Assembly: GCA_021163425.1 (NCBI GenBank) | Contig: JAGGWS010000038.1 | Location: 10,418 to 74,417, forward strand | Length of the DNA: 64,000 bases | Direction of reading: 5' to 3' | From: Candidatus Omnitrophota bacterium | GTDB taxonomy: Bacteria; Omnitrophota; Gorgyraeia; Duberdicusellales; Duberdicusellaceae | Shown: one piece after another, positions 58,700 to 64,000 of the stretch | Layout of the letters: each line of letters opens with the position of its first letter | Position numbering within the stretch: position 1 is the first letter of the stretch | The notes under the pieces: generated by a model | Databases searched by the model: none | Seen by the model: the letters and a program-made list of their open reading frames with translations, nothing else | Told to the model about the DNA's origin: nothing | Position numbers and translations under genes: made by a program

Positions 58700-60232
58700 T
58701 TATTTTCTCTTAAAGAAAAGTATTTTCTGGAGTTTTTCTATAAAGGTCTCTTCTTTCACAGTCCAACTCCATTGAGCAGGGGTGGGGTCTTCCTCATAGA
58801 GAGAAATTAACCCATCTCCATCTATATCTAAGCCAGCTTTGACTTTGAATAAGTGAACTCCCAAACTTAGACCAGAAAAACTCACGCTTTTTTCTTTCTT
58901 CCAGGAAGACCACTCCGAACCATCTAAAGAATAACTGAACAAACACCCCTCACGGGAAGCCTGATAATAAAATGTAGCTTCTTTCTCAGGAGTTAAACTG
59001 GAAGGACCACTTATTATTCGAGTATCAGGAGCCAATACTACTAAGTCAATATCATCAGAAAATACAGGAGATACATTTCCAGCATAATCTTCAAACTTAA
59101 TATAAACTGTCTTCTTCCCGGATATATCCGGCTCTTTCAGAAGCCAATCCTCTATTAAAGCCTTGAATTCCAGCGGATTATCCATCTCCGTATCAAAAAC
59201 ACCATCATTGGATATGTAGATATACTTTATTCCACTTACCTCATCAGAAGCTGTAATTTTTAGAGTAACATAAGGAGAATTAGTTACAGGGTCATCATTA
59301 TTTATCACCACACTACCCTGAGGGGAATGAGTATCTACAATAAAGCTCCAGGCTTTGCTAACCTGGTTTCCTATGTTGTCCTCTGCCTTTATTAAAACTA
59401 TATTTTCTCCATCGGGCAAACTTCCCTTATAGGAATAAATATTCTTATCCTCAGCAAACTTTCCAGAGACTTCTTCTCCATTCAGGAAAAACTGTAAACT
59501 ACTTAAGTTGACCCCTGAATGTAAATCTTCTACCTTACAACTTATCTCCACAAAGCTCTGGTTAATAAGCTCAGAAACAGCCGGGGTTAACTCAGTTACA
59601 GAAGGATGAGTAGTATCTACCCAAATCTCAAAGCTTAGAGGTTGCCCCCAGACTTTTCCTCCTCCATAAGGGGCTACATAAAAGATATGTTTTCCATCAG
59701 AGAGGCTGTCCTGAGGATACTGATAAAAAGAAAACTCTGTATCTACCTCCCCATCAGGAAGACTATCTAAAGAGAAACTAAACCCTTTTATTAAAACAGG
59801 TGGGTTAATAACAACAATCCAGTAAAAATAGGGGTCATTATCTTTCTGCCATACTGACGGAGAAATTTCAAAGCCACCCAGATGAGTTTTTGCACGAAGT
59901 TCAGCTATTTCATAGAGCACTTCTCCTACCAGGACAGGCCAGTAACAACTAAAATTAATCCCTATCTGAGTACTTGCAACTTCTACAGGCACTGAAAACA
60001 ACTGTCCGACAACAAAGTAAGTAAGGCGGCGCTCACTAAAAGAAGCAAAACCCAGACTGGTGCCTATACTTATAAGCTCAATCTCATAATTAGAAGAGGC
60101 AGCCTGCTCAGCATATACCCCTGATACAATATAAAGGATAAAGAATAAAATAATAATTTGAAATTTGAAATTTGAAATTTGAAATTTATTACTTTGAAAT
60201 TTGAAATTTGAAATTTGAAATTTATTACTCAT
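58700..60232 (-). CDS. secreted protein of unknown function with a repeat-encoded N-terminus
   Basis: The N-terminus MSNKFQISNFKFQ-SNKFQISNFKFQ is encoded by a 36-bp tandem duplication, then a hydrophobic signal-like segment IIILFFILYIVSGVYA-EQ. The ATG overlaps the TGA of the upstream ATPase gene (ATGA). Confidence 0.45.
   Translation of the reverse strand: MSNKFQISNFKFQSNKFQISNFKFQIIILFFILYIVSGVYAEQAASSNYEIELISIGTSLGFASFSERRLTYFVVGQLFSVPVEVASTQIGINFSCYWPVLVGEVLYEIAELRAKTHLGGFEISPSVWQKDNDPYFYWIVVINPPVLIKGFSFSLDSLPDGEVDTEFSFYQYPQDSLSDGKHIFYVAPYGGGKVWGQPLSFEIWVDTTHPSVTELTPAVSELINQSFVEISCKVEDLHSGVNLSSLQFFLNGEEVSGKFAEDKNIYSYKGSLPDGENIVLIKAEDNIGNQVSKAWSFIVDTHSPQGSVVINNDDPVTNSPYVTLKITASDEVSGIKYIYISNDGVFDTEMDNPLEFKALIEDWLLKEPDISGKKTVYIKFEDYAGNVSPVFSDDIDLVVLAPDTRIISGPSSLTPEKEATFYYQASREGCLFSYSLDGSEWSSWKKEKSVSFSGLSLGVHLFKVKAGLDIDGDGLISLYEEDPTPAQWSWTVKEETFIEKLQKILFFKRK
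60156..60227. repeat. perfect 36-bp tandem duplication, each unit containing (TTTGAAA)x4 + TTTATTAC
   Basis: tttgaaatttgaaatttgaaatttgaaatttattac occurs twice back-to-back. It encodes the first 24 residues of the 58700-60232 protein. Confidence 0.85.
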
Positions 60233-61881
60233 CCTCCCAACACCCTTAAAACTTCCTGAAGAGAAGTTTTAGCTTCTACTATTTTGGAGAAGCCATCTTC
60301 TTTCAAGGTTCTAAATCCTTTCTTCTGAGCATAAACTCTAATCTCATCGGAAGAGGCTTTCTCCACAATTAAATTGTCAAAACCTGAATCAAGCTCTAAC
60401 ACCTCAAATATAGCTACTCTGCCCTTAAAACCTGTCCGGCTACATTCCTGACATCCTGAAGGTTCAAAAATACCCACCTGTTTGTCAGAAGGTAAAGGCT
60501 CCAATCCCAGAGATTTCCTCAATTGACTCAAAGATATACTCCTTTCTCTTTTACAGTTAGAACATAAAACCCTCACTAATCTCTGGGCTATAACCCCTTT
60601 TAAAGAAGAAGCTACCAGAAATGGTTCAAGGCCCATATCTATAAGTCTTGTTACTGCTGAAGGGGCATCGTTGGTATGAAGGGTTGATAAAACTAAGTGT
60701 CCGGTTAGACTTGCCTGAATAGCAATCTGGGCTGTTTCTCTATCTCTAATTTCGCCAACCATCACAATATCAGGGTCATGCCTTAAAATTGAACGCAACC
60801 CGGAAGCAAAAGTAAGCCCTACAGCAGGATTAACCTGAATCTGTTTGGCAAAATCTAAATGATATTCTACAGGGTCTTCAATAGTAATTATGTTTTTTTC
60901 CACACTCCTTATTTTTAAAAGAGAGGCATAGAGAGTGGTGGTTTTTCCTGAACCAGTAGGACCGGTAACTAAGATTATTCCTGCGGTCTGCTTTAAAAGC
61001 TGTTTATATTTAGTTAAGTTTTCCTTAGAAAAACCTAACTCCTCAAGGGAAAATAAACCTTTCTCTCTCTCTAAAAGCCTTAAAACAATACTCTCTCCTT
61101 CTACCAGAGGGATAACTGAGATTCTTACATCAATAGGCCGATTGGAAACTTGAACCTGAAATCTTCCATCCTGAGGCCGTCTCCTCTCAGCAATATCTAA
61201 GTTTGCCATAATTTTCAAGCGGGCAATTATGGCATTATAAAGATAAAGAGGAGGCGCTTTAAAAGAATGAAGAACCCCATCAATCCTGAAACGGATACTT
61301 ACCTTATCTCCTCGGGGCTCAATATGGATATCTGAGGCTCTTAAATTCACTGCTTCAGCAATCAATAAGTCTACCAGCTTTATTACTGAAGGCTTCTCTT
61401 TCTGGACTTTAACTTCTTCTAACTGGCTTTCTTCTGAGGGGGCAAAAAATGTCTTAATAAACGAATCTAAATTATCCTTATTAACAAGGTATAACTTAAT
61501 AAACAACCCAGTATGAAACCGCAACTCTTCTAAAGGCTCCAGTTTGAAGGGGTCAGATAAGCCCACTTTCAAAATATTTCCTTCCTGCTGAAGAGGAATG
61601 ATCCTGAATTTAGTTATAAACTCCTGAGGAACCAGTTCTAAAACCTCCTTGGCGGGAATAAAATCCTTCAAGGAAAAAATCTCTATATGAAGTTTGCTCG
61701 ACAAAAAATTTATTAAAGTTTCTTCGTCCATAAGCCCCAGGGTTCTTATAGAATCGGCTAAAGTAGTCTGACTCCTCTCTTTTTCTATCTCTAAAGTTAT
61801 TGCCTGTTCCTGAGTGATAAGGCCTTCGGAAACTAAACTCTTAACCAGAGAATCTCTCAACTCTCTTTTTTCTAACTCCAT
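60229..61881 (-). CDS. type II secretion / type IV pilus assembly ATPase (GspE/PilB family)
   Basis: N-terminal T2SE_N-like domain, Walker A GPTGSGKTTT, Asp/His boxes and a tetracysteine motif (CSNCK...CQEC). Confidence 0.9.
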   Translation of the reverse strand: MELEKRELRDSLVKSLVSEGLITQEQAITLEIEKERSQTTLADSIRTLGLMDEETLINFLSSKLHIEIFSLKDFIPAKEVLELVPQEFITKFRIIPLQQEGNILKVGLSDPFKLEPLEELRFHTGLFIKLYLVNKDNLDSFIKTFFAPSEESQLEEVKVQKEKPSVIKLVDLLIAEAVNLRASDIHIEPRGDKVSIRFRIDGVLHSFKAPPLYLYNAIIARLKIMANLDIAERRRPQDGRFQVQVSNRPIDVRISVIPLVEGESIVLRLLEREKGLFSLEELGFSKENLTKYKQLLKQTAGIILVTGPTGSGKTTTLYASLLKIRSVEKNIITIEDPVEYHLDFAKQIQVNPAVGLTFASGLRSILRHDPDIVMVGEIRDRETAQIAIQASLTGHLVLSTLHTNDAPSAVTRLIDMGLEPFLVASSLKGVIAQRLVRVLCSNCKRERSISLSQLRKSLGLEPLPSDKQVGIFEPSGCQECSRTGFKGRVAIFEVLELDSGFDNLIVEKASSDEIRVYAQKKGFRTLKEDGFSKIVEAKTSLQEVLRVLGG

Positions 61882-61934
61882 TGCACTTACTCCTTTCTAC
61901 GAAACCCGGGTAATTGTTCATCTCTGAAAACCTA

Positions 61935-61964
61935 TTGACAAAGAATAAAAATTAATACTATACT
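61935..61964 (+). promoter_or_regulatory. sigma70-like promoter (TTGACA-N18-TATACT) upstream of a small ORF
   Basis: TTGACA at 61935-61940, TATACT at 61959-61964, followed by AAGGAG and an ATG at 62036. Confidence 0.4.
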
Positions 61965-62035
61965 TTTTGCTAATATGAAAATAAGTGATAATATTTTTAT
62001 CTCTCAGTTACTTTTTTCAAAAGGAGTATAAACCT

Positions 62036-62128
62036 ATGTGGTACGGAATCGCTGCTTTTTTAGCTACTATCGTTTTAGCTATCTTTGCCTATCTTACAAC
62101 ACACAAGTCTCATACTACCAAACATTAA
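62036..62128 (+). CDS. 30-aa hydrophobic small protein (hypothetical)
   Basis: MWYGIAAFLATIVLAIFAYLTTHKSHTTKH, a single transmembrane helix. Good SD (AAGGAG, 7 nt spacing) and an upstream promoter. Not in the ORF track because of its length. Confidence 0.3.
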   Translation: MWYGIAAFLATIVLAIFAYLTTHKSHTTKH

Positions 62129-62173
62129 ACTAAAAGTATAGGCCGTCTCTTCTCCTGCTCAACGTCGGCAGAT

Positions 62174-62322
62174 TCACACGTTCACACGTTCTCACGTTCA
62201 CACGTTCATACGTTCTCACATTCACACGTTCACACGTTCTCACGTTCATACGTTCTCACGTTCATACGTTCTCACGTTCATACGTTCACACGTTCACACG
62301 TTTTTACATTTATACGTTCTAC
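62174..62322. repeat. tandem array of about 19 copies of the 8-bp unit YACGTTYW
   Basis: cacgttca cacgttct cacgttca cacgttca tacgttct cacattca ... The longest array in the window. Lies in the 800-bp non-coding region between the PilB-like gene and hup. Confidence 0.85.
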
Positions 62323-62525
62323 GAAACCGCTTTAAACTTTTATCCCAATTATTATAATACGAGTTCTATTTTTTGAAAAGTGCTTAGTTTTTGGATACAG
62401 AAAAAAAGACGCCGGCATACACTTAAACTCAAACTCCGGAGTATTCTACCAACTATTAGTTATTGATTATTGATATTGATTGAGGATCGCCCTCGATTCC
62501 TCAAAAATTTATTGAAAATTTACAT

Positions 62526-62561
62526 AGCTTGACATTTATTCTGAAAAAATTCTGTCAAATT
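62526..62561. repeat. palindromic element variant AGCTTGACA-N18-TGTCAAATT with AAATTTACATAGCT 5' extension
   Basis: gaaaatttacatAGCTTGACAtttattctgaaaaaattcTGTCAAATTacgttct. It shares the 5' extension with the 47805 copy and is followed by one ACGTT unit. Confidence 0.55.
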
Positions 62562-62598
62562 ACGTTCTTAGACTATTAGCAAAAAATATAATAAATTC

Positions 62599-62628
62599 TT
62601 GACAAAATAAAGAGGCTAATATATAAAT
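62599..62628 (+). promoter_or_regulatory. candidate promoter of hup (TTGACA-N18-TATAAA)
   Basis: TTGACA at 62599-62604 and TATAAA at 62623-62628. RBS AAGGAGG at 62668-62674 before the ATG at 62679. Confidence 0.4.
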
Positions 62629-62678
62629 ATTCTACAGGGCTTAAAAGATTGGTAGTTTAAAGCAAGAAAGGAGGAAGA

Positions 62679-62948
62679 ATGAATAAAGCCCAGTTGATAG
62701 CTAAGGTGGCTGAAAAAACTGAAACTAAAAAACAAGCCCAGGAAATAGTAGAACTTATCTTAGATACTATTAAGAGTACTCTTAAGAAAAGAGAGCCAGT
62801 AGCAATTTCAGGATTCGGGACTTTCAGAGTAAAAGAGACTAAGCCCCGAACCGGAAGAAATCCTAAGACTGGTGAAACTATTCAGATCCCTGCTAAGAAG
62901 AAATTATCCTTCAGAGCCTCTAAGGAACTTAAATCAATTATTATCTAA
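62679..62948 (+). CDS. hup: DNA-binding protein HU
   Basis: MNKAQLIAKVAEKT...GFGTFRVKETKPRTGRNPKTGETIQIPAKKKLSFRASKELK, the canonical HU/IHF fold sequence. 89 aa. Confidence 0.9.
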   Translation: MNKAQLIAKVAEKTETKKQAQEIVELILDTIKSTLKKREPVAISGFGTFRVKETKPRTGRNPKTGETIQIPAKKKLSFRASKELKSIII

Positions 62949-62958
62949 ACAGGTTTTA

Positions 62959-63009
62959 GCCCCTTCTATCTCTTTAGATATCTTAAATAGGTAGAAGGGG
63001 TTTATTTTT
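62959..63009 (+). terminator. rho-independent terminator after hup
   Basis: GCCCCTTCTA ... TAGAAGGGG stem followed by TTTATTTTT. Confidence 0.55.
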
Positions 63010-63031
63010 AAACTAAATAGGGAGCCAAACG

Positions 63032-63505
63032 ATGGGAAGGATTTATCTTACAAAAGAAGGCTACGAAAAACTCTTTCAGGAATTAGAATATTTAAAAAAA
63101 GTCAAACGCAAAGAGCTAAGCAAACGGATAGAAGAAGCCCGCTCCTTAGGAGATATCTCTGAAAACGCTGAATATGACTCAGCAAAAGAGGCCCAGCTCA
63201 ATCTGGAGAAAAAGATTAGAGAGCTGGAAACTAAGCTATCTTCAGCAATTATTATCTCACCTCAAGATGTAAACTTAGAAAAGGTAAGTATAGGAACAAA
63301 AATCCTCTTAAGAGACTTAGATACTGGCGAAGAATTCTTTTACATAATCTTAAGTGATGAAGAGGCAGATTTTGAAAGAAATGAAATTGGAATAAGTTCT
63401 CCGGTAGCTTGTGCTCTCTTAGGTAAAAAGAAAGAAGATGTAGTAGAAATTAAAGTTCCTCGCGGAATTTTAAGGTATAAAATATTAGACATTAGCCTGC
63501 CTTAA
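63032..63505 (+). CDS. greA: transcription elongation factor GreA
   Basis: N-terminal coiled coil (LTKEGYEKL..EL..L) and a C-terminal FKBP-like domain. 157 aa. Confidence 0.9.
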   Translation: MGRIYLTKEGYEKLFQELEYLKKVKRKELSKRIEEARSLGDISENAEYDSAKEAQLNLEKKIRELETKLSSAIIISPQDVNLEKVSIGTKILLRDLDTGEEFFYIILSDEEADFERNEIGISSPVACALLGKKKEDVVEIKVPRGILRYKILDISLP

Positions 63506-63528
63506 CTTTCAAAATATCCCCTGTTTTT

Positions 63529-64000
63529 TCAAGTGCCTATCTTCAGAGAAGAAAACATTTTTCTTAAAAGAGCCTGAGCTGAAGCTATGGCTAAACTGCT
63601 GGTCTTAGGATTCAGAGAAGAAGGGATATTTTCTACTTCAACCTCTATTTTTCCTATCTGAGAAAGTAGATAAATTTTGTGAGTATTTCTTTTAAGTTTA
63701 GGCTCAAGAACAATTTCTACCTGCAAATCTTTAAATTTAGAAGCAAAAAGTAAGGTAGAAGCTACATTAATATTCTGAGGAAAATATTTAAAAGCCTGTT
63801 CTGCCTTCCCCCTGAATAAAATCTTCTTCTGGGAAGTATTGAGGTTTATTTTCTTATTTTTTATATATTCAACACCCTTAAAACCCTGAAGAGGTTTAGA
63901 AGTAATTAGTAAACATTTCTTTATCTTAGCACAAGAAGAAGCCAATATCCCGTCAACCCCACAGATAGCTCCTGAAGGAAGATAAATGTTTATACCTTTC
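63529..64000 (-). CDS. C-terminal part of an aspartate-dehydrogenase-like (NadX-type) oxidoreductase, 5'-truncated by window edge
   Basis: The frame stays open to the window end (…KGIKHYLPSGAICGVDGILASS…). The C-terminal …NPKTSSLAIASAQALLRKM resembles NadX C-terminal motifs. The track start is only a TTG. Confidence 0.35.
   Translation of the reverse strand, partial: KGINIYLPSGAICGVDGILASSCAKIKKCLLITSKPLQGFKGVEYIKNKKINLNTSQKKILFRGKAEQAFKYFPQNINVASTLLFASKFKDLQVEIVLEPKLKRNTHKIYLLSQIGKIEVEVENIPSSLNPKTSSLAIASAQALLRKMFSSLKIGT

Noticed and set aside
62174-62322. Open reading frame through the octamer array encoding an H/T/F/R-rich repeat peptide
   Set aside because: There is no start codon or RBS, and periodic tandem repeats trivially lack stops in some frames.
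62459-62510. TTGATTATTGATATTGATTGA repeats as DnaA boxes or a replication origin
   Set aside because: They do not match the TTATCCACA consensus, and no dnaA, dnaN or AT-rich unwinding element context is present.
1-64000. tRNA, rRNA or other structured RNA genes in intergenic gaps
   Set aside because: No GTTCGAATC-type T-loop or GC-rich cloverleaf stems occur in any gap. All gaps of 150 nt or more are AT-rich or occupied by the repeats described.

Overview
This is a 64-kb window from an AT-rich (about 32% GC) bacterial chromosome. Coding is dense and almost entirely on the minus strand: about 60 genes on minus versus four on plus (a small coiled-coil ORF, a 30-aa ORF, hup and greA). The content mixes Firmicute-style housekeeping blocks (thiL-mtnA, metG-yaaT-holB-tmk-cysS, ispF-ispD-yacL-radA, ilvE-mcsA-mcsB-clpC) with diderm envelope genes (mlaFED, lolCD-like, type II secretion/type IV pilus-like genes). 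One long minus-strand operon headed by a GAF-ANTAR regulator encodes only glutamine amidotransferases (guaA, purSQL, hisHF-like, glmS) and ends in an nfnAB/gltD-like pair. The rest includes Thi4, an ArsB/NhaD permease, two CPA antiporters, endonuclease V, a radical-SAM/SPASM enzyme next to a membrane-fused spermidine-synthase-like protein, queA, yjbQ, an rsmB-like methyltransferase, a Ski2/HelY-like helicase, a Cas4/RecB-like Fe-S nuclease and a nitroreductase. The most unusual signals are non-coding. (i) A family of 37-bp palindromic elements (AACTTGACA-N19-TGTCAAGTT with a conserved spacer) sits at seven sites immediately after stop codons. (ii) Long tandem arrays of 4 to 19 copies of an 8-bp unit YACGTTYW flank several of these elements. 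(iii) A 36-bp tandem duplication carrying TTTGAAA heptamer tracts lies at the 5' end of a secreted protein gene inside the secretion cluster. A decayed, internally deleted glgC remnant lies next to one of the octamer arrays. No rRNA, tRNA or CRISPR array was recognised.
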